A DNA stretch of 64,000 nucleotides from Novakomyces olei. Lineage: Eukaryota. A program made the translations under genes and the position numbers. The stretch covers positions 1,426,001-1,490,000 of the forward strand of contig JADEYG010000009.1 of the NCBI GenBank assembly GCA_016906335.1, given 5' to 3'. This document shows positions 46,943-61,390 of this stretch, piece by piece. The notes under the pieces are model-generated. The model saw nothing but the letters and a program-made list of their open reading frames with translations, did no database searches and was not told the origin of the DNA. Position 1 is the stretch's first letter. Each line of letters starts with the position of its first letter.

Positions 46943-48610
46943 ATGGCAAAAAGCGGCCACAAAGCAGCATCGCTAGCGAAAGGATCAAGCAAAGATGGAG
47001 TAAAATCTGCCGCCAAAGGCAAAAGTGACCGTGTTGCGGATGGCCGTGTGAGCAAGCGCACAGACGATAAAAAAATAACTAAAAAAGCCGCGAAAGAAGT
47101 AGCCAAAGAGACGAAGAAGTCTTCAAAGCACAAGAGCAAAAAGGAACCGGTAAGAATAAATGTTTTGAGTCAGTTTCTAATACAATAGACACCTCCCAGC
47201 TCGGAATCTGAAGATTCTGATTCTGACTCTGACTCTGAGAGCAGCGAGGATGAAAAGAAACCTGTAAGCAAATCTGCATCTGCCTCTAAAAAGGGCAAAG
47301 AATCTAGCAGCGAAGACTCTTCAGATTCTTCTTCAGACAGCTCTAGTTCAGACTCTGATTCTGATTCTGACTCTGATTCTGACTCGGACTCTGGTTCCGA
47401 TTCTAGTTCATCTGGAGAATATGCCTCTGCTGAGGAAAAGGCTCCTGTGAAAGAAAAGGAGGCAAAACCTGAATCAAGCAGTGATTCGGACTCTGGCTCT
47501 GATTCTAGTTCTGAATCAGGTTCTGGATCCGACTCTGACTCTGACTCTGATTCGGACTCTGATTCGGACTCTGACTCTGATTCTGATTCTGATTCTGACT
47601 CTGACTCTGACTCTGGCTCTGATGAAGAAAGCTCCAAAGGCAAAGAGCCCAAAGCCAAATCTTCTGATTCTGATTCCGATTCTGGGTCTGGGTCTGACTC
47701 TGACTCGGAAGAATCTTCAGAGGAGGAGTCTTCTGATGAAGAAACGACAAAGAAGCCTGCTAAAAAAGAGCTCGAAAAAGATTCCAAAAAGCGCAAAGCT
47801 GAAGAATACGTTCAGGAACCCAAAAAGTCCAAAACTGGAGATGACAATAGCTCAGAATCACAGACAGTATTTGTTGGTAGATTGTCATGGAACGTTGATG
47901 ATGACTGGCTGGCCGAGGAGTTTAAGTCGTATGGAACAGTAACCTCTGCCCGGGTTATGAGACAGCCAGACGGAAAATCTAAAGGGTTTGGGTACGTGGA
48001 TTTTTCCGCTCCGGACGAGGCCAAAGCAGCATTGGCAGCGATGGGCAAAGAAATTGACGGAAGACCTGTAAACGTCGATCTTTCTACTCCGCGTTCAAAC
48101 ACCGACTCAAGTGGAAAAGAATGGGTGGCCAAGCGTTCACAGCAATATGGGGACAGTATTTCCACTCCGTCGGACACCGTGTTTATGGGCAATGCCTCTT
48201 TTAATCTAACTCAGGATGATATTTACAATACATTTGGGGACTGTGGAGCAATTATGGGGGTAAGACTTATTACCGACCGTGAAACTGGACAGTTTAAGGG
48301 TTATGGATATGTGCAGTTTGGGGATGTTGAGGGGGCCAAACGTATGGTTGAACGTAATGGCGAAGAGGTCGCTGGCCGTCCTCTTCGACTTGATTTTGCT
48401 TCCCCACGTGACCAAAGCGGTGGAAGTGGGGGCCGCGGCGGTGGGGGCCGTGGTGGGGGTCGAGGCGGTGGGGGCCGTGGTGGTGGACGAGGCGGTGGGG
48501 GCCGTGGTGGTGGAGGCCGTGGTGGCGGTCGTGGTGGCGGATTTAGTAATTCTGGATCAGCGAACCGTGGAGCAATTGGGTCATTTTCGGGTCAAAAGGT
48601 GACTTTTTAA
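46943..48610 (+). CDS. NSR1: Nucleolin-like Nsr1/Gar2
   Basis: Lys-rich start, Ser/Asp repeats, two RRMs (VFVGRLSWNVD, KGFGYVDF; KGYGYVQF), RGG tail and KVTF end; intron 47150-47188. Confidence 0.95.
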
Positions 48611-49667
48611 GCGCGAGTGATGAATTGAAATAAGGCTTTGAGATCTAACTTGGGTCTCTTTGGTTGTTTAATTGCCTATTGTTTGTGACACGTTCTCAAT
48701 TGGCTTTAATATTGTATGTACTCTTTACGCACAGGAATTAGAGAGGAAACAGGAAAGAGGAGGAAAGAAAGAGTTGTTTTTAATATGTTTAATTTGCATC
48801 ATATGGAAATGCAAAGTTCTTGGGATTATACTGGCTTGTCATCGTACACAGTGCTTCAGTTGAATATTGAAAGTAATACGGATATTTTGACGTAGAGAGT
48901 TTACGACTAAAAGTGATTTATTGTTCTACTTGTTTTTGATAGACGCTTTCATTTGATTAATTTATACACTAAAAACTTTAATTGTAAAGCCTATGCCCAT
49001 TTGAACACCTTTCCTTGAAGATTGTATAGAATTGTCAACATTTTTCTAGTCTATATATCAAACTATTCTTACGTTTCGCTTCGTAAATAAATTTATTATA
49101 ATTGGCTATCATACATATACAAGCTTTGCCTGATCAAGGCAACTATGGACAATCAAGTACGTGACACCATACAAAGTCATATAAAAGAAAAGAAAAAAAA
49201 ACCAATGATTATAATAGACATGGAGTCGTGTCTGAACATAAACTGAAGAATAATTCGTAGTTCCAAGACGAATTCAAGCAAAGGCGACTAATAAGCGTTG
49301 CATATTAAAATTCCCAAATAACAAACGAGATTCAGACACTAATGCAATCATTAACCATAAAACATAAACCCTACGACAAAACAAATACGGTCCCAAATAC
49401 ATAAATACAGTTAAAAACACTAAAAAAAAAATTCTTCAAAGTCGTGCAACTACATATAGTGCGAAACGATACGAGACGCTCCATAACCAATCGCTTTCAA
49501 ATAGAACAAATCTCAATTCGATATGAGGCTGTTAAATTCATATTCCAATAAATAAAACAGGTATAATAGTTATGTCTTTTTTTTTCTTTCATTATTTTAT
49601 TTTGCAATTATCAAGTATTTGACTTAACATTATACGCCATTTATTTCTTGCCGATTTTCTCCTTTTC

Positions 49668-51081
49668 TCAGCGGTTCAGATTAGCCCGATTCAGGCGTTG
49701 CTGCATTTCATTCATTTGCGCTGTCATTTCGTCCTGCTGATTCTTCATGAGCTCAATGAAATCAATTGCATGGCTAACAATCTCCCATTTTGAAAGCCTT
49801 TTGCTTTCACTAATAGGCAAACTCGCTCTCAAGTCATCAAATAGATTTTTCATCTCTTTTCGTCTTTTCCTCTCTGCTAATTTATGGCTGATTTTTAACT
49901 CTGGCGTTCGACTGTAACTGCCCACCAGCATCGGGCGCGAAGGATCTTCCAGATCATTGGAGCCTGTACTATTTACACCATCCGCTGCCTTTGCGTACCT
50001 AAACATTTGTACATAGGGCGGCAATCGTACAGTAGAGAGATCGTCCATGTTTCTGCTGTCTGCAGTACTGCCGGTAATACTGGGCTGCGTTTTAACACCG
50101 TTCGCTGTATCGCCGCCACCGTTCGCTATAACACCGTCATTGTTCGTTATATCGCCGCCACCGTTCGCTATAACACCGTCATTGTTCGTTAGATCGCCGC
50201 TGTTCGCCGTAGCACGATTCGGTCTTGCTTCGGACGCGTCTCCGTGTAATCCCGGGTCGGGAAAAGCGTAAGGATAGCCCGGAGTCGGCTGGGCCGCATT
50301 CGGGTTCGGGAACTGCAAGCTTTCATCTCCGTAGTGAACAGAGGGCGGCGTGTTCAATGTAATTGGTGGCGCAAGATGCGGTCTTCGGCTTTGCTTTTTC
50401 CCTGGCCTAGACGTCTCTCTGCCAGCCTGTTCTGCGGGCGGAGACTCACTGTTTCGCTTCTTTATAGAATCTGAATCCCGATTAGAAACAGGGCTCGGGT
50501 TCGTAATATCTTCGAGCTTCAAGTTTCGAAACTGAATTGACTCGGAATCGTTATCGTGAAGCAAAGGCGGAGGAGGAGCAACAGTCAACTGAGACCCAAG
50601 CAAATCGGGCAATTTCCGTTTATTTGATGACATACTGCTTCTTCGCTCGACGGAATACAGAGACTCTGCATCGTCACTAAACGATATTTCAGAGCGCGAG
50701 AAGGAGCTTCGGGAAACCATGCTTTGTAGCCTATAGCTATCGGGATCTGTTAAAGGTCGTGAGTTTAACAAGGAGCCGTGTGTTTCTGACGGGATATTGG
50801 TACTAGAGTTGCTGTTGTCTCCTAAAGCTGGTGTGCCCAGGTGCCCAGCAGCAGAAGTGTAGAAAGAAGGCTGAGCGTCTTGCGCAGGGCCCTTCAAGAC
50901 AGGAGGCTGGAGCATTGAATAAGCGGCCGGCGCTTCTTCCAGTGTCTTGATAGGCGGTAATTGCCTGTACTGCATGTCGGAACTGGCTTTAACCACCGGA
51001 ATTGCTAGAATTTAGCCCTGAGAGTAAAAGAATTGGCTTACTGTAGATGTTTGGTGCAGACGGAGAGTTATGGTGATTCAT
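49668..51081 (-). CDS. bHLH transcription factor, Esc1/DevR-like
   Basis: YSRTPELKISHKLAERKRRKEMKNLFDDLR..SKWEIV. Exon 1 51081-51042 (MNHHNSPSAPNIY) splices in frame at 51004. Confidence 0.85.
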
Positions 51082-52800
51082 TCAGAAGAATTATAATAAT
51101 TCGAAAAAAAAAAAAGGGAGATAGATCAAAAAGATCAAAAGGACCGAAAAGAGCTCGTGTTAAATTAAGCAGTAAAGACGTTTTAAAAGACTCTGAAGCT
51201 CTTTTCTCCGTCTCTCCTCCGACTTTTCTTCGTCTCTCCTCTGCTCTGGTCGTAGTTGATCCAGAACAGCACGGGCAAATAAGATAATGAAAAAGTCCAA
51301 AAGAGCCGCGAATGTACAAATCGAAAGAGTCTCTACTTGAGCCCGAGACAAGTCTGCAAGCTCAAGCCTAATCGAGATCGTGCGCTGATGCTCCTTGAGG
51401 CCGAATGGTTCGAATCTCTGTCCGATTAAGGATCGCCTGGGATCATACTAGCCGGAGCAGCAAGACACAAGAAGGCGGGAAGGGTGAGGCCAAGTAAGCA
51501 ACTAAAGCCGCACTCCAGACAGGCAGTAGACGAGGAACAAAATTGCAAGTAGAATTTCACAGCAAAAAGGTACGCTGAGGTAGAGATGGTAAACCTAGTC
51601 GACGGAGTAATGGCGTCCAATGTAAAAAGTAACGATATTTTTACGTATTAAAAAACAGAGGATAAAATTCGTAAAAAATATAATAATAATACAATTAAAA
51701 TTAAAATTAAAATCAAGAAAGTTCTGGCAGATCAGATAAGCGTGCGTACAGCGATGGAAGCAGACTCGTGCACTGCCCAAACGCAGCGTGAACGGGTCGA
51801 GAATAGGCCAATATTAATTCAATGTCAAATGCCGTGAATAACAAAGTGCCGAAACGTTGTTCACACGTGGAAATCTCGCATGTAAATGAAACAGTCCCGA
51901 TAGGGTAGTTTGTTGCACTTTTGTAATTTACTTGCTACGCCAACACGAATTGCCAAATACGTAAGTTCTGCCAAATACAAAATTTCTGCCAAATACAAAT
52001 ACATAAAATCTGCCAAATACATGAATTCTAAATGGGATAGTCAGCAGAGTGTGAGCTGCTGGCCAAAGGTTCTAATAGAATACGAGCGATAAAGTCTTGC
52101 AAGCTTTCTCGAGTACTGCATCTAGCGGATCGGCATTGCCACTTGGGTCCGAATATTTTAACCGTGACTACTGTATATGTATACCGTCTGGCAGTGCATG
52201 TCGAGAGCAGTGTATCGGAGTCCAAATCAGATTTCTATGGCATTACCCTTTCGAGCCTTGCGTGGCATCATTGCCCGGTTTCCAAATCGCGATGCTAGTG
52301 ACGCATACGCCACACGTACAATCTCCTGATTCTCGACTAAATTGGCAACTCCCGATTTGAAGTATGGCGTACCCGTCACTGCACTCAATCCTTCAAACCC
52401 TAATTGCTCCTGCTCTTGCATTGCAACGTGGCTCCCGTTTACAGACATGCTTGTGCCTCGCGATTACTTTATACTCTCAAGTCATCGATACCATTGCTTA
52501 GATTGGAAAGTAAGTAAACAGTCTCTGACAGTTATCTTGCCCACGGGCCCCGTCTTCATATCACGTTGTGTCCATAGCGAGAGCGTAATACGAGTATATA
52601 AAAAAGACGAAATAATATGGTAAACCTTAAAATTCGTGTCTGTACGCGATTGATTAAGTGATAAAACCGCAAGCAGCTTTCGCGTCAAGCGTCCATCGCC
52701 AATTTTGGGCAGCAGTACCCGTCCGTCCAATTCGTCCGTAACAGTCTGCTTGCCGGGTTTAGACTGATGCTTATTTCCGGCTCAACGCTACGCTGAGGCA

Positions 52801-54884
52801 ATGAGTCTAGATTTTGCTTCACGGCATTTGCACTCTAGCAGTGCCTTGGGAGCAGATGTGCCACTGTTCTCTTCCCAGGACTGTACTACCCAGCCCACAC
52901 AGACCTACTCGCCTCCCCTTTTTTCCTCCTCTTCTACTCAGGAAAATGCCACGTGTGCCTGCTTGTATATGTCTGGCTGCGATGCGGGTCAAGGACGCGT
53001 TATCGAGCTAACACGTGACCATACGTTCTCTGTCGGCCGCGGACGCGCATGCTCCCTCGTCTTGCGTGGGCGAAGAATCAGTGGGACGCATTTCGAGATT
53101 GAATGCGCCCACGATTGCTCGGGACAGACGCAATTGGTTTTACGCGACCAGAGCACGAATGGCACTTTTGTAAACTCTGTAAGTATTTGCGCCATTGAGC
53201 CTAAATAAAGACATTTCCGAATTTGATTGTGGTTTATTTATTGTGTTTTATTATCGGTTTTACTATCGGTTCATTGATCGTTTTTACTAATGGCAGATGC
53301 GAATAGGTAAAGGCGCCTCTCGGCTTTTGCACTCTGGGGACGAAATTCTTGTTGGCTACGGAATTGCCAGCGAGGAGACACGTAGGTTTTTTTTTTTTGG
53401 TTTAACCCTTTTTTTTTCTTGTTTCATTTGTTTCTATCCACAGTTTTGTTGCGCAATTGGACGCTCTCTAATCAGACGTTCAGGTTTCAAAGTCGAGATT
53501 TTCAACAACGATAAACAGAGCAAGGGAGACATGCAAGATTTGTCACAAAAATATCAATTGGAGCAAGTAATTGGCTCTGGGGCGTTTGCAACAGTGCGTC
53601 TGGGAATTACACGAAAGACGGGCGTTCAGGTTGCTATAAAAATAATCGACAAAGCTCGTGTGGCCATGACCCTTGGTGGTGGGAAAAAGGAGGAGCAGCG
53701 CGTTTCCGAACTCATTGAGCGAGAAATTCAAATACTACGCTTGATTGATCATGTATGTTTGCTATAGATTGCATTTTTTCAATTTTTTCAATTTTTTCAA
53801 TTTTTTCATTTATTTATTTATCTATTTATTTTCTTGTGTATTTTTCTTATTCTCCGTTGCGTATTATCTCTTCCCGTCGTGGAGGTATCATTTACAAAGT
53901 GATAAAAACTAACGCAGCATTACAGCCCGGAGTCGTACGATACTTGGACATGTACGATTCGGATCATACATTATCGCTCGTCCTTGAGTATGTGGAAGGT
54001 GGCGACCTTATGGATTATTTGATTAATAATGAACCACATTTTCTCGAAGAGCCTGAGGCTTGTGGAGTCGCAGCTCAGATTTTGGATACATTGCAATACT
54101 TGCACGCTCGTGGAATTACACATCGAGATTTGAAACCGGAAAATATACTTGTTACGCGTGGCGGATTGATTAAAATAACGGATTTTGGACTGGCAAAAAT
54201 GGTTGCTATTGGTGAAAATTCAGCTCATTTGGGCGTTAAAGAGACTATGCTCAAAACGTTTTGTGGCACTTTGGCCTATCTTGCCCCTGAAGTTTTGGAC
54301 ACAAAATATGACAAGAGCGAGCAAGAATACAAATCGAATCTGACTTATGATTCGCGTGTTGACTTGTGGAGCTTGGGATGCATTACTTTTACAATGTACA
54401 ACAACTTGTTTATTTATTCGTTCATTTATTTATCAATGCTAATTACAGGCTCACTGGCTCAATGCCATTTGCAAACGATTCCACGGAATCCACAATCAAA
54501 CAAATTCGGGAGGCTGCCTATCCCAAACACAAACTGGAAATAGATGAGGGTTTACGCAAACGAATTTCTGAAGATGCTCGAGACTTTATCGACCGTCTTT
54601 TGCAGCCGGATCCAAGTAAAAGATTATCTTTGGATTGTGCAGTTCAGCATCCTTGGATCCGTGACACGTTGCTACAGCAACGGAACGCGGGATCATTTTC
54701 GGAATTTTATAGGGCGCATCCCGCTTTATATAATGACGGCGCACCAGCCCACACAGCACCTCCCACGTCTCCAGACTACTGCGGGGAGTTGAGCGGCTCT
54801 GAAGAAGGTGACGTAATGGACTCACAACCTGTAAAATATTATTTCGATGACGAAGCGAGTCAGTCTAGTCAAGCGTCTACTTGA
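52801..54884 (+). CDS. FHA-domain checkpoint kinase, Cds1/Chk2 family
   Basis: N-terminal SQ/TQ cluster, FHA (VGR..ISGTHF..STNGTFVN) and kinase motifs GSGAFATV, HRDLKPEN, DFGLAK, TFCGTLAYLAPE; 5 exons. Dun1 and Mek1 paralogs are not excluded. Confidence 0.85.
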
Positions 54885-55143
54885 AACGTTATATACCTAC
54901 AAATTTTTTCGTCGCATCTTGCTTATTCAGCAATGTTTATATTAATGTTAGGGTTGCGATTGTGATTGAAAAACAGATTTTGAATTTACCAAATCTTTTC
55001 ATATATAATTGGTATTGTTTAATTTACAAATTGTAATGCGTACGATTCCGCGTGTTTACTCTTATCAATCTTATCGCGCCTTTTATTAAATAAATTAATT
55101 ATCTTTAACTGCTGTTAAACACAGTAAATCAAGCCAAAATTCC

Positions 55144-56644
55144 TCACGAAGTAGTCAACGAATCAAGATCAATCTCGGATAAAGCCTGCCAGAATAAGAA
55201 TAGAGCATTATAGTATAGACTTACATGGAAAGATTCCTCGTAAAATTTGCGTTGGGCCGCAATGAGATCAGCAAGCGCACGAAGCTATAGATGTCTTAGT
55301 ATAGTGCGATAATAGAAATGTAAACAATAGTAGATAAAATGGCAAACAACAGTATCCGAAAAAAAAGAATTATATATATATAAGATGAAAAGAGGGGAAA
55401 CATGAGTTAAACTATTAAAATACAACTAGAAAAATAAATGAAAAACCAAAATCCAGATATAGGACCAATATAAAACAAAGAACATACGACATCAGATGAT
55501 TCCACAACAGCCTTCATGAGTGTGACACTTTCCTCCACAGCAGCGACAAACGCATCTTCGGCATTGTCAACTTCAATTCGCGCCGCATCAGCGCGTTCAG
55601 GTCGAGCATTCTTTGATGCGGTTTTGGCCGCGTCCAAAGAAAGCTGTGCATTATAAACATTACGACGCGCTTTTGTAGCCAAATAGATCTGTGTGTTGAG
55701 AGACCCTTTCAACACAGCGTTAAATTTCGAAGAAATTTCCGCGTCCTGAGTGAGCCGAGCGTTTCCGACTTGAAAGTAAGCTAAAACGATTGAAAAAGAA
55801 TCATGGAATATAGGACGTAATGGATGGTTTAATCATAGAACCTGAAATCTCAAATAAAAAGCAAAAAATGCCATATTTTGAAGCAAAAGCAGAAGAATCA
55901 AGATTAAAATTAAAGAAAAGATTCTATTTACAAAAAACCGAAAAGCATACTCTTCTCCTGAGCAACAGCATAACGTGCCAAGCCATTGCCCAATGATTCC
56001 TGCGATCCAACGAGCTCAGTGCCAGAAAGCGCAGCACGTGCTAATGCATGATTTAAAGTCTTTGGGGGATTTTGAGCACTTGGTTTCACAATGACAGCCT
56101 GCAGATCTGTCGTGTTTTGAGCGTGTGCAATATCGCGGACTTTTTCTGAGACAGATTTGCCAAATTGCGACAGGGTTTCTTTCTGTCATGTGAAATTAGA
56201 ACCAAAACTGGTTAAAATTAGAAAACAAATTTACCAGATTTCCGGGGTAGTCATAAGCTTCTGTATCATAAACAGATCTAATTTCGATCAGTAAATGGCT
56301 TTAATAATTGCTGTTCTTACGTGACACTGAGCAACGCGTTATGGAGTGCTTTAATGTTATCCACCTTCTTTTCCAGCTCGACGTATTCAGCAGGCAATTC
56401 CGTCTTTTGCGTGAGTTAATTGAAAGCAAAACAAGACGCAATGCAAAAAAATGGCCCACAAAAACGGAGCAGACAAAAACAATTAAATCGACGGCATACC
56501 TGGTCGGGTGCTTGACCCAATTGCTGCTTGATCAATTGCGTGGTTCGCTAACAGCATTAGATCCTAAATCATATATTGTCTTACTCTAGCAAAGGGCGAC
56601 AATGAGCTGAATCCCTCTTGCAGGTTTGTCCGAAACGCGTCCAT
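55144..56644 (-). CDS. GVP36: BAR-domain protein Gvp36
   Basis: Spliced SPFARRTTQLIKQQLG..TELPAEYVELEKKVD..EAYDYPGNLKET..PKTLNHALARAA..AEDAFVAAVEESVTLMK; about 8 exons. Confidence 0.88.
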
Positions 56645-57085
56645 TGCTCTGATTACCTATGGTCTTTATCAATAATGCTTATTTGTATTGCGCGCAATTG
56701 CTTTCATTTATTTATGTGTGGTCACAGATATTCCCACGGCAAATCAATACTAGTTTATCAATATTACACATAATAATAATAATATATCGCGTTTATATGG
56801 AATAATGTATACAGTAAGGGCGCGTTATGCGCGTTATACACCGTTCTTCTTATCCCAATGCACGTTTAGCGAAAGGATCGACTCCAAAAAACCCTGACGC
56901 GTATACTCTGTGATTGCGTTTGACACGACGGAGAAAATTGGTTTGTTTTAAGTGAATTACCGCGTGCTAACCCAAAAAAATTAATAGCCCTGAATAACCC
57001 TAACCCTCAATTGTGTGATAATTTAAGTTTAATACAAATGATTTATTTATTAATTTGTCATTCATTTCGACTGACTTGTGCTTCA

Positions 57086-57764
57086 ATGCTTCGCAGTTCA
57101 CGTAACGCGGTGTACCGCGCGTATTGCGCGAGCCACTTTATCGCCTCTCTTCTCATAGACCTCAGTCCTCTTTATCCCTCCACGTGGCCTCCAGCATTAC
57201 TTCAATTGCGTTCGTGGTACGTGAACGCGTTTCATGATCCTCTTATCGGAGCCAAAACGACTGCGCCCTGGCTAATCGCTTTCCTGTTGTGTGAGGCATT
57301 GCTGCAGACGCCCTTCTGCCTATATGCTTGGATGTATTTCCCACGAGGTGAGCGTCTAAGAATCAAAATAAAAATAAAAATAAAACAGGAATAGATTTAA
57401 AACGAAATTGAATTTGAAATTGAATTCGACCTCTATAAAGTCAGAATTAGAAACATGGCACAGGACAAAATACCAAAAATTAAAATTTTAAATAATCAAA
57501 AAACTAAAATAAAATCTCGACAAAATAGTGATATTCTAATATTATACAGCTGGACCAAAATTCGAATTGGCGTCAATAATATATGGGATCCATGCTGCCA
57601 CGACCACGCTGGCCTGTGTTTTTGAAGTATGGCTTGCACCTTTAACCCTGCAGCAGCGTGCTCTACTCCTGAGTTTTTACGCGCCTTATCTTTTTCTGCC
57701 GCTTGCTCTAGCTGGCGATATGGCTCATCGGCTTATATCGCGCCTGCCTCAAAAGAAGGATTGA
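57086..57764 (+). CDS. EXPERA-domain membrane protein (TMEM97/Ema19-like)
   Basis: SHFIASLLID..LYP, WYVNAFHDPL, PWL..F..CEALLQTP, YGIHAATTT and YAPYLFLP; 2 exons. Confidence 0.85.
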
Positions 57765-58576
57765 TGTTTTAATTAGCAAATTGTTGAAAATATATTATAT
57801 AAGCGTTCATTTTGATGGACCTTTGAGTCGTGTTCGGCATATAATTGTACTGGAAAAGGCTTATACAGTATTCTGAATAAATTTGTGAAATTAAACGTCT
57901 ATTCACGCTACAGCAACCAGCTAAGCAGATACTATACTGTAACGTAAGAATTTATCACTGGCACATCAAGAGATTATAGCCGTCTTTTTGCAGCAGTTCA
58001 TTTGCAATCAACGTCTTGTCACGTGTATCGGCTCAGCTAGTCAATTTACGCATAGCCCCAATGGAAGCTGCCGACATTTGAGATTGGTTTATACAACGAC
58101 ACTAGAATGGATTTCAAGGGGAAACAACTAGAAGGTTTGTGGATTGTAGAAGTGATTATAAAAATAATAATTTTCTTTTTTTGTTTCGGTATTAAACCAA
58201 TTTCTCCTGTACACGTCTCCTTCAAAAGGTCTGTACAAACAAAGCCACTACATTGAAACCTCTGTACATATACGCCGCACCATCGGGCAGCATATCAATT
58301 ATGTTACAACCATTTGACTGCTTCAGCTGCCGCTCCTTGCCACCCTCCAATTCCAACCGTTTAAACAAGGCCTCGGTAGAAAAAGATTGGAAAAGAAAAA
58401 AGAAAAGAAACGAATAAATAAATAAGTAAATAATAAATAAACTGGACAGAGACAAAGGCAACACTTTACAATCCTCCCGTCCTTTCCGTGCCCTTCCCCC
58501 TTTGCCACATCTCTTTTCCTTTGCCTTGCCATTCCTCATCCTACCCCCATACTGCTATCTCTGGCTCCTATATCAA

Positions 58577-61238
58577 TTACGCGGGAGCCAAGAACCCCTC
58601 GTTCTGCTGAGCTTCTGTCTTTAGTTCCTCGTTTATTGCTTCAATAACCATGCCGTCCACATCTTCAACGTTCATGCCACAGCTGAGAGCAATGAGCCTA
58701 CGGTAATCGCTCATTCTTGTCCCCGTTCCAGCAGCAGCAAACAGCTCTACTAGATGGTCGACTCTTTGCCGCCGGTACGCCTGTAGCTTTGTCAGCTGGC
58801 TGACAAGCTCGCCTTGCTCCCCATGGTGGCTGCTGAACTTTGTATCCTCCTGAGCCTCTACCAGCTCTCTCGGATCAATCTTGCCTTCTTCCTCCTGGAC
58901 CAGCTGAGCCAGTTCTTTAGCCTGAGACCGTTCAAGCACACGTTTCAGCTCGACAGCTAAAACCTGAGCAGTATGCTCAGCGTGCCTGATACCTTCCACC
59001 TGGAGCTCTGCCATATTGCCTTCCTCCTCACTGCGAGTCAGATCCGCATACTTGGCACGCAGAGCTTCAACTTCCCTGCTCGTGCTCTCGAGCAGCTCCA
59101 GAGCCTGTGTATCATCTGCCTCCTTGTCCTCCAGCTCCTCATCGTACGCTCGTGCCAGGGCTTCAAGGTGCTTTACCAGCTCATTCGACGTCTTTTGCAC
59201 AGCCATAATTGCCGTCTCTGACAGGTGCGGTGCCGGTGCCCAGTGCGGAGCTCCAGCACCAACCAAGTTCGGCCCGCCAGTACTAGTACTAACAGCAGAA
59301 TTGGCATTAGCACTGTTGGCCATATTCGTTCCGCTATTGGCCACACTGGGCGAGGAAGACAGGTGGTTGTTCCTACGCTGCCGCTCGTCTTCCGAGATGT
59401 ACTCTGCCGACGTCCGTCCGTACTTGTTGGGGATATTTGCATTGGCTCCGTAAGCCAACAGCGGTTTTACACACCTCCGAGCACTGTTTCGTGCACAGAT
59501 AAGCAGCGGAGTATCGCCCTCCGGGTCCGGAACGTTCAGGAAACGGGACACCTGCTCAGCGGGAAAGGCATCAGAGAGCATTGCCAGCAGAGTGTCGATG
59601 TAGTACCTGGCGGCCGGCAGTTTTCGGGTAGAAATAGTGATAGAAGCGGTCTGGTGGAACACGTTTTGGCCATAGTTGTCCACCATAAAGACCGTGGGCT
59701 GTAGTATCTCCACTAAGCGTGGAAAAGTACGCAGGTCATAGTTGTTTGTAAACATTACGGACCGCATAAGCGCAGTCTGGCCGGCATAGTTGACGGCTGT
59801 TACGTCTGCGCCGGCTTCCAGCAGCAGCATTACCACTCGCAGATGGCCCATGGCACAGGCCCAATGAAGGGCCGTGTGCTGCTCGTCGTCCAGGACAGCG
59901 TTAACCCTAAAATCGGCCGGCGGATGTACGAGAAAGTCGGGCGGCTCTGCGCTCGGGTTCATAAAGAAGCTCAATAGGGACTCGCTGTACTTGTCCAGCT
60001 GCGCTGTCGCCTGCAGCTCTTGCATATCGGAAAACTTGCGCTTTTGCCCAGCAGTATTGGGGTCCGTTTCATCGTCTACATTATGAAACTCGGCACTGCC
60101 TTGGCTCTGCGGCGAAGAGCTTCCGATCGTATTGGCCTCATCCCCATCTTCATGCCCAACTTGAGCCATGTCTTTGATTGCAAACGTAAACTCCGACTTT
60201 GGTTTGTTGTGTGCTTGCTCAGCAGCTCCTACTCCTACTCGCTGCCGATGCCCTCTACCAGCCATCTCTTCAGTGCTGCCTATCGGCTCCGGAGCCGGTA
60301 CTGGAGCCGGTGCCGGAGCCGGTACGGTCTTTGAGTGCAGAGTCGGAATTGCCGCTGGTTTCGTGCCGGGCTTGTACACGTGCTTCGCCGTGAATGTCCG
60401 TCCCGCTGGCGTCAGAGCTACCTGCCGGTGAGAGGGCGCCAGCTGCACTGAACGTGCTCCCGCTGGCACACTACGAGCAGCCTTGTTGCGCGCATGCTTG
60501 GGCGCCAGTGGAGGACTCTGTGCGCCCGGAACAAAGTCGATTATAGGCTTTGTCTTTGGGTATATATTGTACTTGCGGCACAGATCCGCTCCCACGTCCA
60601 ACGGAATCCAGGTGCCTAGACCACGGTTAGTCGCTTGCCCGTTTCATGCTGGAGATTGGTGTGCGGTTCTTTCAACGGGGTTTAAAAGGAGCAAAATCAA
60701 AATAAATTGAAAACAAATTAATAAATAAATGAAAATAAATAAATAAATAAATAAACAAATAAATAAAAAGCATACAAATTAATTAGATTAATTAATTATA
60801 TTAAAACAAATAAATTGAAATAAAGCAAATAGATCAATTCAAAGCAAATAGATTATTCAAAGCAAATAGATTTTTCAAAGCAAATAGATTATTCAAAGCA
60901 AATAGATTATTCAAAGCAAATAGATTAATTCAAAGCAAATAGACTAATTACAAGAGAAAAAACAAAAATAAGGCCATGTAAACACGATGCAAGCACGGAA
61001 AAATCTTACCCTGGTACTTGCCGTAACCGCCTTGAACCTTCTCATGAATTCCCGTCTGGATCTCTCTCTCCAGGATCCGAGTCCTTTGCGGCTTATCAAA
61101 CCCGGCGATTTTAAGAATCTGTGTAGCATTGAGCCAGCCGTCTCGTTTGCGTCGCATCATTGCAACGCCATCGACCATGCACTCGTACACGTCCACGTTG
61201 GAGTACGTCGCCGAGAACACGGGCCGCTCCTCTGCCAT
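58577..61238 (-). CDS. MBF transcription factor subunit, Res2/Mbp1-like (APSES + ankyrin)
   Basis: [38 protein letters not shown], ankyrin repeats [11 protein letters not shown] and GDTPL, C-terminal [10 protein letters not shown]. Confidence 0.92.
60820..60945. repeat. ~19-20 bp intronic minisatellite (TTCAAAGCAAATAGATT..)
   Basis: About 6 near-identical copies in the Res2-like intron. Confidence 0.9.
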
Positions 61239-61304
61239 TGTGTGCTCATGCGTTAAGTGTATACTATTATCGTTGTTTTAGACTATCATTATTTGCCAGC
61301 TTAT

Positions 61305-61390
61305 AATGTGTATCAGCGTGTATCAGCGCATAATGTGTATGAGCATAATGTGTATGAGCATAATGTGTATGAGCATAATGTGTATCGGCG
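61305..61390. repeat. 15-bp tandem repeat (GCATAATGTGTATGA)
   Basis: About 4-5 copies just upstream of the Res2-like start. Confidence 0.9.

Noticed and set aside
47170-47796. 208-aa antisense ORF with ES repeats (and similar shadow ORFs at 6987-7580, 14012-14569, 19229-19738)
   Set aside because: These are antisense shadows of real genes or of repeat-coding regions and show no independent motifs.
51365-51432. GGTTCGAATC B-box/T-loop motif (51407-51416) suggesting a tRNA
   Set aside because: The flanks do not form a T-stem, and I could find no A-box/D-arm or anticodon arm. At most it is an isolated TFIIIC-like site.
60820-60945. CRISPR-like regular repeat
   Set aside because: Head-to-tail copies without unique spacers, inside a eukaryotic intron; it is a minisatellite.
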